A stretch of DNA of 64,000 bases from an uncultured Verrucomicrobiae bacterium (GTDB taxonomy: Bacteria; Verrucomicrobiota; Verrucomicrobiia; Limisphaerales; UBA11358): contig CAWHAH010000004.1 in assembly GCA_963827205.1 (NCBI GenBank), positions 192,241-256,240 of the forward strand, given 5' to 3'. Positions 8,380-20,990 of the stretch are shown here, piece by piece; positions within the stretch are counted from its first letter, which is position 1; each line of letters opens with the position of its first letter. The notes beneath the pieces are model-generated. The model had not been told where the DNA came from. It saw only the letters and a program-made list of their open reading frames with translations, and made no database searches. Made by a program: the position numbers and the translations under genes.

Positions 8380-9103
8380 GTCCCTGGCTGAAATTCAAGC
8401 CCGTCTAGGCTACGCGTTCCGCGACGAGGGCCTGTTGCGGCTGGCATTGACGCATCCGTCCGTCGCGCATGAAAGCGGCCCGGCGGGCGCCGGCGGCGAC
8501 GAAACGCAGCGCAGGCCCGCGCACAACCAGCGGCTGGAATTTCTCGGCGACGCGGTGCTGCAACTCGTCCTTACCCGCGAGCTGTATGAAAAATTTCCCG
8601 CCTTCGACGAGGGCCCGTTGACCAAGGCCCGGGCGAAATTCGTCAACCGCCGCACGCTGGCCGAACGCGCCCGCGCACTCGGCCTCGGCGCGTATTTGAT
8701 TTTGAGTCACGGTGAGGAAACGCACGGCGGGCGGGAACGTCCGTCCGCGCTGGCGGACACGTTCGAGGCGCTGCTCGGCGCGATTTTTTTGGACGGTGGT
8801 TTCGAGACGGCGCGTGAATTCATCCTGCGCGAATTCGGCGCCGCATTCGGCAAATTGAGCGTGTTGCCAACGATTGAAAATCCCAAGGGCGAACTCCAGG
8901 AGTTGTTACAGGCCTGCTCGCCGGAAGCGCCGGAATATCGGGTCGTTTCCACAGCCGGGCCGGACCACGACCGCGAGTTTGAATGTGTGGTGCATCACGG
9001 GGGTGTGGAACTTGCGCGTGGCCGGGGCAAAAGCAAAAAGGCCGCCGAAAGCGATGCGGCCCGGGCGGCGTTGAAAAAAATGCGAGAGGAAATGGTAAAG
9101 TAG
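8378..9103 (+). CDS. rnc: Ribonuclease III
   Basis: Signature ERLEFLGDAVLQLVLTRELY and a C-terminal dsRBD (GPDHDREFECVV...GRGKSKKAAESDAARAAL). Confidence 0.97.
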   Translation: MSLAEIQARLGYAFRDEGLLRLALTHPSVAHESGPAGAGGDETQRRPAHNQRLEFLGDAVLQLVLTRELYEKFPAFDEGPLTKARAKFVNRRTLAERARALGLGAYLILSHGEETHGGRERPSALADTFEALLGAIFLDGGFETAREFILREFGAAFGKLSVLPTIENPKGELQELLQACSPEAPEYRVVSTAGPDHDREFECVVHHGGVELARGRGKSKKAAESDAARAALKKMREEMVK

Positions 9104-9104
9104 G

Positions 9105-9139
9105 GCGGCGAGTAACGCTGTCCGCGGACGCCTCGCCGC
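9105..9139. terminator. GC-rich hairpin between convergent rnc and the IscU-like gene (possible bidirectional terminator)
   Basis: gcggcgag (9105-9112) pairs with ctcgccgc (9132-9139). There is an inner palindrome gtccgcggac. A T5 run follows on the plus strand. Confidence 0.45.
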
Positions 9140-9143
9140 GGCC

Positions 9144-9632
9144 TTACTGTTTTTCTCCGTCGAGAAAAGTCAGTTTCACACGACCCTCCTTGGGCTTCGA
9201 AAAACTGTCCAGCAACGTCGGCGCGTTTGATGACATTGGCGCCGGTTTGGCTTCAATATTTTGTGGTTCGAGCGCGGAACGCAATGCGCCTTCAACGAGC
9301 TGGGCGCAGTGAATTTTCATCGGTGGCAGCGGGCCGAGTTCGCCGGCCAGTTCCTCGGTCTTGAGCGCGAGCGCTTCCTCGGCGGTCTTGCCGCGGATGA
9401 GTTCCGTGGCGAGGCTGGCGACAGCGATGGCAGTCTCGCAGCCAAAGGACTGGAAGGTGGCGCGGTCAATGACCCTTTTACCGTTCTGCTCCTTGAATTT
9501 CACCCATAGGCGCAGCATCTCGCCGCAATCCGCGTTGCCGACCGTGCCGACGGCGTCAGCCCCAGCCAGTTCGCCCAGATTCCGGGGATTGGCCAGCGCC
9601 GCCTGAATCCGCTTCTGCAAATCGTCGTTCAT
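9144..9632 (-). CDS. IscU/NifU-N-like iron-sulfur cluster scaffold protein
   Basis: GNADCGEMLRLWV...SFGCETAIAVASLATELIRGKTAEEAL...KIHCAQLVEGAL contains the three conserved Cys. ATG 9632 is chosen; the ORF upstream to 9851 looks non-coding. Confidence 0.85.
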   Translation of the reverse strand: MNDDLQKRIQAALANPRNLGELAGADAVGTVGNADCGEMLRLWVKFKEQNGKRVIDRATFQSFGCETAIAVASLATELIRGKTAEEALALKTEELAGELGPLPPMKIHCAQLVEGALRSALEPQNIEAKPAPMSSNAPTLLDSFSKPKEGRVKLTFLDGEKQ

Positions 9633-9828
9633 TCTTCGATCAAGAAAACCCGTTTCGGATTTCAAATCATACCACCAACCGGGCGGTTCCGCCAGAGTCA
9701 GCAAGTCGATTGCTGCCAAAGAATACCGCGTGACAAACACGGACATTCGGCGCAAAGTTTTGTGGATTTCGTTGATGAACTCAGAGACTTGGCAGGCCCA
9801 ACCGGGTTGAAACCTTGCCAACAGCCTG

Positions 9829-10938
9829 ATGCAACCTGAAAACCCCATCAAGATCGATCTGGCTTATTCGATTGCCGACCAGGACGTTGAGACGACCAAA
9901 TCCATTGGGATTTACAATTTTTCGCTTCATCTGGCGCGGTATCTGTCGGAGCATCCTCAACTTCGGAAATTCACGGTTTTCAGCAACAGCACGATATCGC
10001 CGAATTTGCGACTGGCGACCAAAGCCCGTGTTCAGGAATTCAATTTTGCCCGCCGGAGCAAGGTGGGCCGGATAGTGTGGGACCAGTGGAGCCTTTACCG
10101 GTCGGCGCGGGCCACGGGACATCGCTGGCTTTTTCTGCCCAAGGGCTTTTGCTCGTTCATGACGCGCCCGCGTCTGGAAGTCGCGGCCTTTGTCCACGAC
10201 GTCATGGGCGATTACTATCACCAGCATTATCCCGGATTTGAGTCGAAGCTTGGGTCGTTCTATTTTTTCCACAGTCTGGCGGCGACCCTTCGACAAAGCC
10301 GCGTGATTTTTACCAATACCGAGTTTTCGAAGCGCGAGTTGGCCGGTTGGGCGCAACGCACCGGATTATCCTGTCCCAAAGTGATTGTGGCAGGTTACGG
10401 TTTTGCCCCGCCCAATCCGTGCTGGACGGAAAAAGAAAACCGGATTTTGTTATTTGCCAGTGAACTGCCGCACAAGCGGACGGATATTGCCATCCGGTTC
10501 CTGACCCGCTGGCTGCGGGAGTCAAAGTATGATGGAGTCATTGACTGCATTGGAATTCTCTCGCCCAAGATGGCAAAGCCTGAAGGGCCGGGTTGGAATT
10601 GGATCGGCCGGGTGCTCCCGAACCGGGCGCGCGAAATGATGCGCCGGGCGCGTGCGGTCATCTATGTTTCAGATTATGAAGGATTTGGCATGCCTGCCGT
10701 GGAAGCAGTGCTGGAAGGCAGTTGCCCGGTCTTTTCAGACATTCCGCCGTTGCGTGAAGCGATGGGCGAGGCCGGCTGCCCGTTTTCAAACGATTCGGAG
10801 GAGTCCTTTCTTAAGGCAATGGACAGGGCTTTGACCATGCCTCCAGATACCATCCATGTCTGGGCAGCAGGGCTGCTGCGTCGTCATCATTGGCCGGTCG
10901 TGGCCGAAAAAATTGTGCAAGAACTTTCCACCGCGTGA
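9829..10938 (+). CDS. Glycosyltransferase family 4 (GT-B, group 1)
   Basis: C-terminal ARAVIYVSDYEGFGMPAVEAVLEGSCPVFSDIPPLREAMG is the E-x7-E region of retaining GT4 enzymes. Confidence 0.85.
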   Translation: MQPENPIKIDLAYSIADQDVETTKSIGIYNFSLHLARYLSEHPQLRKFTVFSNSTISPNLRLATKARVQEFNFARRSKVGRIVWDQWSLYRSARATGHRWLFLPKGFCSFMTRPRLEVAAFVHDVMGDYYHQHYPGFESKLGSFYFFHSLAATLRQSRVIFTNTEFSKRELAGWAQRTGLSCPKVIVAGYGFAPPNPCWTEKENRILLFASELPHKRTDIAIRFLTRWLRESKYDGVIDCIGILSPKMAKPEGPGWNWIGRVLPNRAREMMRRARAVIYVSDYEGFGMPAVEAVLEGSCPVFSDIPPLREAMGEAGCPFSNDSEESFLKAMDRALTMPPDTIHVWAAGLLRRHHWPVVAEKIVQELSTA

Positions 10939-11001
10939 TTTTTCAGAGCGGAGTTGAATTTATTTCTTTCTTTTCGCCAACCGCCACACAATATACGAGC
11001 A

Positions 11002-12156
11002 ATGCCAAAGCGCCGGGTGCCAAGAGTACTGATTGCCGGAGGAGCCGGGTTCATCGGCGTCAATGCAGCACGCCGTTTTCTGCAGGACGGCTGGGATGTG
11101 TTTGTGTGGGACAACCTCTCCCGCCCTGGCGCGGAAAACAATCTTCATTGGCTGCAAGATTTCGGCCCGGTCCATTTTTCAAAGGTTGATATCCGCGATG
11201 AAAAGACCGTAACCGAATTCTTCCAGCAGGAACGCTATGATTTGGTGCTCCATTGCGCGGGGCAGGTTGCGGTTTCCACTTCCCTCGCTGATCCCCGGTA
11301 TGACCTGGAGAACAATGTTCTGGGCACCTTCAATCTGCTGGAAGCCGTCCGTTTGTTTTGTCCGGAGGCCCTGTTTATCTTCGCCTCCACGAACAAGGTT
11401 TATGGCAGCCTGGAGGGTACCGCCGTCGTTGAGCGCAATGGCCGTTATGAATGGGCTGATCGCCCCGAGGGAATTTCGGAAGAGCAGCCGCTTGATTTTT
11501 ATTCCCCCTACGCCTGTTCCAAAGGGGCGGCGGACCAATACGTGCGGGATTATTCCAGAATTTATGGATTGGCCACCGTCTGTTTCCGTCAATCCTGCAT
11601 TTATGGGTACCGCCAATTCGGCATGGAGGATCAAGGCTGGGTTGCCTGGTTCCTGATTGCCCATGCCCTGCGCCGTCCCATCACCATCTTTGGCGATGGC
11701 AAACAGACGCGTGACCTTCTCTTTATCGATGACCTGATTGATGCCTATTGCCTGGCTTGGCAGAAGCGCGACAAAGTTGCCGGCCAGGTTTATAATGTTG
11801 GCGGTGGCCCGCAGAATCAATATTCCGTAAAGCAACTCATCCAATGGCTCGAGGCGGAGGGCGGGGCGCCGGTTGAAATCGGTTTTGCCGCAACCAGGCA
11901 GGGCGATCAAAAGGTGTTTGTTGCGGATGTCAGGAAGGCCTTTGAAGATTTTGGATGGCGTCCCTCATGCTCTGCTGAACACGGCATCCGCAAGCTCCAT
12001 CGGTGGGTGAATGCCAATCTGGAGTTGCTTCGCGAGGTCCTCGCCGTGCCGCCCGTCCAGGCAGGCGCGCACGTCCCTGAATCAACGCCGCTTGAGTTCG
12101 TGTGGGCTTCCGCGGGCTCGCAGGTTCCGGCCAGAAGCAAGAGGCCGAGCGGCTGA
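11002..12156 (+). CDS. NAD-dependent sugar epimerase/dehydratase (CDP-paratose 2-epimerase-like SDR)
   Basis: RVLIAGGAGFIGVNAARRF Rossmann motif, YSPYACSKGAADQY (YxxxK), and DNLSRPGAENNLHWL, which resembles the CDP-tyvelose/paratose epimerase branch. ATG 11002. Confidence 0.85.
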   Translation: MPKRRVPRVLIAGGAGFIGVNAARRFLQDGWDVFVWDNLSRPGAENNLHWLQDFGPVHFSKVDIRDEKTVTEFFQQERYDLVLHCAGQVAVSTSLADPRYDLENNVLGTFNLLEAVRLFCPEALFIFASTNKVYGSLEGTAVVERNGRYEWADRPEGISEEQPLDFYSPYACSKGAADQYVRDYSRIYGLATVCFRQSCIYGYRQFGMEDQGWVAWFLIAHALRRPITIFGDGKQTRDLLFIDDLIDAYCLAWQKRDKVAGQVYNVGGGPQNQYSVKQLIQWLEAEGGAPVEIGFAATRQGDQKVFVADVRKAFEDFGWRPSCSAEHGIRKLHRWVNANLELLREVLAVPPVQAGAHVPESTPLEFVWASAGSQVPARSKRPSG

Positions 12157-12447
12157 CGCGATGACGAATTTGCTCTTCGGGGGCGAATCCCGGCAAACCA
12201 GGCCCCAATAAACCTCCTGATGGGCCGCCATTTTCTCACGGAAGCGGATATTTCTATCCGTCAGATTCTTCCGTTCTTTGTTTGCTCCAGAGATCCGGAT
12301 TGGAGCGGAAGTCGTCGCGGACATTTTGCTGGCGATTAATAAGCGGCGGGCTTAAATATGCGGGCGATGAGCTGATGAACTTAAAGGCGTAGCACGGAGA
12401 ATTGACGTGCTGTGTCTGACCGACAACCAATCGCAGGGAAAGCCGAC

Positions 12448-13293
12448 ATGGAAATAAAAAAAACTGTCATCACCGCCGCCGGACAAAACCAGCGCACCCT
12501 CCCGTTGCAAACCCTCGTGGATGGCACTGGCCAGACCAAATCCGCCCTGGCCATCATTGTCGAAGAGTCCCTGCAAGCCGGCATCGAGGACATTTGTGTC
12601 ATCATCAGCCCCGGCGACCAGAACGCCTACCGCGTCGCCGCCGGGCCGCATGGCCGGCTGTTGAAATTCGTCGAGCAAACCCGGCCGCTCGGCTATGGCC
12701 ACGCCGTCTGGTGCGCACGGGAGTTCGCCGGTTCATCGCCATTCCTGCTGCTGGTGGGGGATCACCTCTACCTCAGCCGGAATGCGAAGCGTTGCGCCCA
12801 ACAACTGGTCGAAACGGCTGCCGCCGAAGCCTGCACGGTTTCCGCAGTGCAGGCCACGCACGAGAGCAAGCTGCCTTATTATGGCACGGTGGGAGGCCGG
12901 CTGGCGGGCGCACGCAAGGGGCTTTACCTGGTGTCGGACGTGGTGGAAAAACCCACCCCCACCGAAGCCGAGCAGAAGCTCATCGTGCCCGGCTTGCGCG
13001 CCGGCTATTACCTCTGTTTCTTCGGCATGCACGTCCTGACGCCGCGGGTGATGGCGTTGCTCGAAGAGGATGTGGCCGCCGCCGGCGAGAAAGGGCGGGT
13101 GCATTTGAGCAAGGCGTTGTCGCGGCTCGCGGAGCACGAACGGTATCTGGCGTGTGAACTGGATGGCCGCCGTTTTGACATCGGCGTGCAATACGGCCTG
13201 TTGACCGCGCAACTTGCGCTGGCACTCAACGGCAAGGACCGCGATGAGGTCCTGTCCGGCCTCGTCGAGTTACTGGCGCTGGGCGGCAAGTAA
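12448..13293 (+). CDS. Sugar-1-phosphate nucleotidyltransferase, GalU-like with a divergent glycine loop
   Basis: [19 protein letters not shown] sits in place of the canonical AAGxGTRxLPxTK. [12 protein letters not shown] and LLLVGDHLY are present. ATG 12448. Confidence 0.8.
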   Translation: MEIKKTVITAAGQNQRTLPLQTLVDGTGQTKSALAIIVEESLQAGIEDICVIISPGDQNAYRVAAGPHGRLLKFVEQTRPLGYGHAVWCAREFAGSSPFLLLVGDHLYLSRNAKRCAQQLVETAAAEACTVSAVQATHESKLPYYGTVGGRLAGARKGLYLVSDVVEKPTPTEAEQKLIVPGLRAGYYLCFFGMHVLTPRVMALLEEDVAAAGEKGRVHLSKALSRLAEHERYLACELDGRRFDIGVQYGLLTAQLALALNGKDRDEVLSGLVELLALGGK

Positions 13294-13332
13294 TCATTCA
13301 TCGCTTTAAACCCAATCATTTCGTTTTCTCAC

Positions 13333-16668
<3,336 letters not shown>

Positions 16669-16724
16669 AACTGCGAGCGGTGCTCCTGGCGCCAACCATC
16701 CGACTGTGCCGCCTCAACGGTGCG

Positions 16725-17474
16725 TCAAGGGAACGGCAATTTTGTTTCTTGTCCGTTGATGGTCAGCACCACCCAGCCATCGCGCAATTCCTTGAAACGC
16801 ACGGAGACCAAGCCGTTGGTCGTCTGCGTCAAGGCCGATTCGCCAAGCGAAATAGTATAAATCCGCTTTCCGGTTTGAATGGTGACCGCCGAACTGGAGC
16901 CGTTTCGCGCAACACCTTTGATGGAAAAAAGGTTGGTCGCCACTGCGACTGGTTTCGCCGGGCCCTTTTGCATTGCTGCATTGGTGGATACGGTTGGGGC
17001 CGGTTGGTGCGCGCTTTGAACCGGCTGGTTTGTCTTGATGACAGTTTGATAAACTTTGTTCGTTTCCGGTTGCTGCGCGACGGTGTCAAGTTTTCCGGGA
17101 TTTCGGGCGGATGGCCGCAGATCACCTCGGAGCGCCCCGAACAGCCACAGGTTCATGCCAAACATCAGCGCATAACCGACCACAATGGTGAACAGGACAT
17201 CCACCCGGTCCGCCCGGGTGACCTTCGCGATGCAGATGATCAACACGACAAGTGTGACGGGAGCAGAAATGTAAGTAGCCAGATAATTCCCCAAAAAATG
17301 GCCTAGCACCGTGTCCAACGCCCGGTCCAAGCCGCTCACGAGGGCGGCCGATCCCAGCAATCCCGGGAAATTATAGTTGAGCTTTTGGATCTTGATCATG
17401 ATCCAGAGCGCCGCGAAAAGAAACGCCATTTGCACGACAAACTCGACGAACAGGACAAGGGTTTCGAGAATCAT
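16725..17474 (-). CDS. Membrane protein (4 predicted TM helices) with a small C-terminal beta-rich domain
   Basis: Hydrophobic N-terminal half. The C-terminal FSIKGVARNGSSSAVTIQTGKRIYTISLGE...VRFKELRDGWVVLTINGQETKL loosely resembles PilP/GspC-type domains (weak). Confidence 0.7.
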   Translation of the reverse strand: MILETLVLFVEFVVQMAFLFAALWIMIKIQKLNYNFPGLLGSAALVSGLDRALDTVLGHFLGNYLATYISAPVTLVVLIICIAKVTRADRVDVLFTIVVGYALMFGMNLWLFGALRGDLRPSARNPGKLDTVAQQPETNKVYQTVIKTNQPVQSAHQPAPTVSTNAAMQKGPAKPVAVATNLFSIKGVARNGSSSAVTIQTGKRIYTISLGESALTQTTNGLVSVRFKELRDGWVVLTINGQETKLPFP

Positions 17475-17550
17475 CCGGCCGATTCATATTCAAGGCGGCC
17501 CAGACGGTCAATGATGTTTGCACGGATGGCGTGACTGGTGGCAAAAAATG

Positions 17551-17638
17551 GGCGGCGTCTTAATCTTAATCCTGCTCTTAATCGTGCTCCCCCCGGCTGA
17601 TTAAGATTACGATTATGAGTTGAGATTAAGATACCGCC
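17551..17638. repeat. AT-rich imperfect inverted repeat of TTAATC/GATTAAG units with GC clamps
   Basis: ggcggcgtcttaatcttaatcc... pairs with ...gagattaagataccgcc (about 20 pairs including G-U). A second register has taatcgt/acgatta. The loop is around ctccccccgg. Confidence 0.5.
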
Positions 17639-17907
17639 AAAAAGGGGGTTGCGTTTCCGGCCCGGAACGGTAAGATTAGGCGGAGTTGTACTTTGCAGTC
17701 GTTTTCTTTAAGATTGCCAGGTCGCGGGTTTTGGGTTTCATTTGGCCCGTTTCCGTTATAAAATCGTCGCACGCGATTGCACCAGATTGTGAACATGAGC
17801 CGGCTGGCCCGGGGCGGAGGTGATCGGCGCAACCTCCCCGAACGCTCCCCCGTCGCCACAACCCTTCTCCCGCGCGTCAACCGCCGAACCAGGAAAGGCC
17901 GCTGTTT

Positions 17908-19464
17908 ATGAAAATATTCCTCATTTGGGTGAATGACGAGAATTTCTACCGGCTGCTGCCGGAGGATTTGGGCGGCTCGAAGCCAGGCGACCCGCGCATC
18001 AAGGTGATGGGCTTTCCGCCGCTGGGCATCGAAACGCTCGCACCCGTCCTGCGCCAGCACGGACATCAGGTCCGGATGTTCGACACCTGCCATCCGGAGA
18101 TGAAGGAGCCGGACATCGCGCGGGCGCTCCGGGATGACCCGCCAAACGTCGTGGCCCTCTCGTTTTTGTCCACGACGACTTATCCCGGCGTCAAAAGCAT
18201 GGCGCAGGTGGTCAAAAGCGTGATGCCGGATGTGCCGATCATCTGTGGCGGCGTTTTCGCCACTATGAACCAGGAACGGATTTTGAAGGATTGTCCGTGG
18301 ATTGACGCCGTGGGCGTCGGCGAAGGCGAGGAATTGCTGCCGGACTATCTGGACCATCTCGACGACCCGGCCAAAGTCGCTGGCCTGGTCTGGCGCGACG
18401 GCGAGAAAATCGTCAAAAACATCGCCCGCCCGATCATCAAGGATTTGAACCAGTTTCCGTATCCCGACCGGACGACGCTGCCCATTGACTACATCGAATC
18501 CCTGCCGCTTGATGTGCCGGCCGTCCTGTCGCTGGAAAAATTTTGCACGATGCAGACGTCGCGCGGCTGTCCGTACACCTGCATTTATTGCGACATTCCG
18601 GCGCTGACCAACGGCAAGTGGCGGTTCCGGTCGCCGGAACATGTCCTGGGCGAAATGCAGCAGCTCCACGACCAGGGCTACCGTTCGATTTATCTGACCG
18701 ACGATCATTTCCTGCTCAAACGGGACCGCATCAATCAGATTTGCCAGAACATCATTGACCACAAGTTCGAGTTCAAATGGGGCTGCGAAGGCCGCGTGGA
18801 TTCCGTGGCGGTGGACCAGTTTCCCATCATGGGCAAGGCGAACTGCAATTTTTTGGCGTTCGGCGTAGAATCGGGCACGCAAAAAATTCTGGACCGGCTC
18901 GACAAGCGGCAGACGCTGGCGCAAATCGAATCTGCGGTCAGCGAAGCCAAACGGTGCGGCATCGAGCGGGCGCACGGATTTTTCCTGGTGGGCTCGCCCG
19001 GCGAAACCGAGGAGGACATCCTGGAAAGTTTCCGTTTCTGCGCGCGGCTCAAACTGGACACGTTCGGCTTCAACCGGCTGTGCGTCTATCGCGGCACGCC
19101 GCTGTGGCACGAGTATCTCGAACGCGGCATCCTCGACGACGAGCGCGACTGGGCCAAATGGTTCAAGTGCTCGGACATTGACCCGACGGTGCTGCCCAGC
19201 GAAGTCGTCAACCGCGCGCGGCAAAAGGGTTACGCGCTGCTCTTTGCCCGCCGGATTTTCTTCCGCCCCATCAAGACCTTCAAGCTGCTCCGCACCCTGG
19301 GCCGGCACATGAAGTTCACCGACATTCTCCGGCTGTTGAGCAGTCCATTCCGGCGGCGCAAGCTGAACCGGACGCCGGAACTGCCCGCGAAGATGATCGA
19401 ACGGGGATTGACCGCGCCCATCCGAAACGCCACGCCGGTGGATGCTCCGGCAGTGCCGGCGTAA
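17908..19464 (+). CDS. B12-binding domain-containing radical SAM protein (class B)
   Basis: N-terminal cobalamin-binding Rossmann-like domain (VVALSFLSTTTYPGV...IICGGVFAT), then MQTSRGCPYTCIYCDIP (CxxxCxxC). Confidence 0.93.
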   Translation: MKIFLIWVNDENFYRLLPEDLGGSKPGDPRIKVMGFPPLGIETLAPVLRQHGHQVRMFDTCHPEMKEPDIARALRDDPPNVVALSFLSTTTYPGVKSMAQVVKSVMPDVPIICGGVFATMNQERILKDCPWIDAVGVGEGEELLPDYLDHLDDPAKVAGLVWRDGEKIVKNIARPIIKDLNQFPYPDRTTLPIDYIESLPLDVPAVLSLEKFCTMQTSRGCPYTCIYCDIPALTNGKWRFRSPEHVLGEMQQLHDQGYRSIYLTDDHFLLKRDRINQICQNIIDHKFEFKWGCEGRVDSVAVDQFPIMGKANCNFLAFGVESGTQKILDRLDKRQTLAQIESAVSEAKRCGIERAHGFFLVGSPGETEEDILESFRFCARLKLDTFGFNRLCVYRGTPLWHEYLERGILDDERDWAKWFKCSDIDPTVLPSEVVNRARQKGYALLFARRIFFRPIKTFKLLRTLGRHMKFTDILRLLSSPFRRRKLNRTPELPAKMIERGLTAPIRNATPVDAPAVPA

Positions 19465-19779
19465 CGAGGCGCCCTTAAAAAATTCCCCGCGGCGGAACTG
19501 GCTTCAACCCTACACCACTAGGGCAAATCTTGTGCGAAAGTGCGTCCACGATCTGCGAGCGACTTAAGCCGCGAGTCTGGGAACCAGGCTATATGTCTTT
19601 TACGATTTCACCCATTGAGCAAGCCAGGAAGCGTCGCCGTCAATCAGCAGGTCAATCCGTGCCACGACCCCAGCGCCTGGCTCTTTGAGCAGAGTTGATC
19701 TTCCAGCGACCTTGCCGGCGGGGGGATACGCTCCGCGTGAAAATTCCCGCGACTGGATAATAACGCGGGATTCTGATTC

Positions 19780-20187
19780 TCAAAGCGGCCTTGCCAATTT
19801 CGCCAGCAGTTCGCGCGGTGTGACAATCTGAATTCCAAACGGCTTTTTCATCGCCAGCAAATCATCATCGCGTGACACAATGACTTTTGCCCCGGCAGCC
19901 AGGGCACAGGCCAGATACGGATCGTCTTTCGCGTCCCGGCTGCGTTGCTTGCCCAACGGCGCGGGTTCAACCAGCTTCACCCGGTCGTGATACCAGGTCA
20001 GCAGATTGGGCGCGGCGTGCCTGAATTTGCCCCCGCGTTCCGCAACCAAGGCCCGCACTTCTTCCAGAATTTCCAGCGTGGCAAAAACGGTGATTCGCCG
20101 TCTGGCCATCGCCCGGAGGCAATTGTAAGCATCACCACGCCAGCCCACACCGGCAAAGACGACGTTGGCATCAAGCACGACGCGCAC
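19780..20187 (-). CDS. PIN-domain toxin (TIGR00305-like type II TA toxin)
   Basis: MRVVLDANVVFAGV...SRDAKDDPYLACALAAGAKVIVSRDDDLL carries the acidic PIN residues. GTG start. Overlaps the upstream antitoxin gene by 17 nt. Confidence 0.9.
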   Translation of the reverse strand: MRVVLDANVVFAGVGWRGDAYNCLRAMARRRITVFATLEILEEVRALVAERGGKFRHAAPNLLTWYHDRVKLVEPAPLGKQRSRDAKDDPYLACALAAGAKVIVSRDDDLLAMKKPFGIQIVTPRELLAKLARPL

Positions 20188-20446
20188 GTTTTTTCCTCTC
20201 CGCCCGGAGGCGATGCTGGGCTTTCACAATCCCGGCCATTTCTTCGTCCGCAGGATCGCCGATGGGCGCGCCCTCGATGGCCTTTTCCAAAAGTGCCATG
20301 TCCTGCTTGATTTGTTCCTGCCGCCGGTTGCGGATCAGGTCGCGCATATATTCGCTCATGGAGCCAAACGCGTGCGCCTCCGAGTCTGACCGGGCGAAAT
20401 CCGCCAGCTCCGGGTTCAACGAAATGTTTATGGTCACCGCTTTCAT
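20171..20446 (-). CDS. Ribbon-helix-helix antitoxin, ParD-like
   Basis: MKAVTINISLNPELADFARSDSEAHAFGSMSEYMRDLIRNRRQEQ resembles ParD/COG3609. ATG 20446 is chosen. The upstream part of ORF 20171-20557 is translated repeat sequence (MSLLTSAATRF). Confidence 0.8.
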   Translation of the reverse strand: MKAVTINISLNPELADFARSDSEAHAFGSMSEYMRDLIRNRRQEQIKQDMALLEKAIEGAPIGDPADEEMAGIVKAQHRLRAERKKRARRA

Positions 20447-20534
20447 GCCTTCAAAAATAATGCGTTGGCAGTACATGTCAAGGCTTGCCATTGACGTTTG
20501 CCAAATGACATCCGCCCTCCCCATGAACCTCGTA

Positions 20535-20601
20535 GCAGCCGACGTGAGGAGGCTCATTCCAATCTAGGCGAATGAAGTCAGAGCCTCCTCACGTCGGCTG
20601 C
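20535..20601. repeat. Perfect 21-bp inverted repeat with a 25-nt loop
   Basis: gcagccgacgtgaggaggctc (20535-20555) and gagcctcctcacgtcggctgc (20581-20601) are exact reverse complements. Confidence 0.85.
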
Positions 20602-20640
20602 CACGGTTCAGGGGTTCAATACGCGAACGCTTTCGGGAAA

Positions 20641-20990
20641 CTCTCACCCCGGCACTCTCCTTCGGGAGAGGGAGAATCGTTCGCCGCTTCTTTGAAAATT
20701 GACACGACCGGATTGGCCGGACGCTCATCCGCAAAACCAGAAACAATCGAAAGCAGTTTCCTCTCCTGTCCGCCTTCGCCTCTGGGGCGTGTTGCCGGAA
20801 ACAAAAGGAGCGCGGACAGCCATGTCCGCGCGACGGCACCCGGAGAAACCCGCTTAAATCGTGAAGTCGCATGAACGCGCGGACTCGCGGTCCGCGCTCC
20901 GAGCTTTTGGGCAATACGCCCCTCCGGCTTCGGCGCGATCGCGTCGAAGCGCAGCGAAGACGGAGGGGAGAGGATAAAAGGTGAGGGCGG
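20641..20990. repeat. Cluster of GC-rich palindromic units in the dnaE-antitoxin spacer
   Basis: 20641-20674: ctctcaccccggcactctcc ttcg ggagagggag. 20810-20831: gcgcggaca gcca tgtccgcgc. 20877-20897: gcgcggac tcgcg gtccgcgc. 20961-20990: ggaggggagagg ataaaa ggtgagggcggg. Confidence 0.6.

Noticed and set aside
17640-17907. Cobalamin riboswitch upstream of the B12-dependent radical SAM gene.
   Set aside because: I could not see a B12-box-like sequence or the expected multi-stem architecture by eye. A covariance-model scan (Rfam RF00174) would settle it.
17795-17911. The 38-aa upstream ORF as a RiPP precursor for the adjacent B12-radical SAM enzyme.
   Set aside because: The peptide is Arg-rich, with no leader/core organisation and no Cys/Ser/Thr-rich core. 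There is no RiPP recognition element, protease or transporter gene nearby. An open frame of this length is expected by chance at this GC.
17626-19308. Very long ORFs on the opposite strand of clear genes. Examples: 17626-19308 (560 aa), 48244-49947 (567 aa), 110-1231, 1672-2874, 24909-25967, 23683-24879, and the 4526-5293 extension of the proC ORF.
   Set aside because: They are exactly antisense to, or upstream read-through of, genes with strong family motifs. They have Arg/Ala/Gly/His-rich, motif-free composition, typical of shadow ORFs in ~60% GC DNA. They start at arbitrary alternative codons.
19610-19779. A 57-codon open frame continuing in phase after the PIN toxin stop codon (…ESESRVIIQSREFSRGAYPPAGKVAGRSTLLKEPGAGVVARIDLLIDGDASWLAQWVKS).
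   Set aside because: The PIN domain is already complete at 135 aa. The extension has no start codon and no recognisable motif, so it is most likely chance openness or a decayed remnant.
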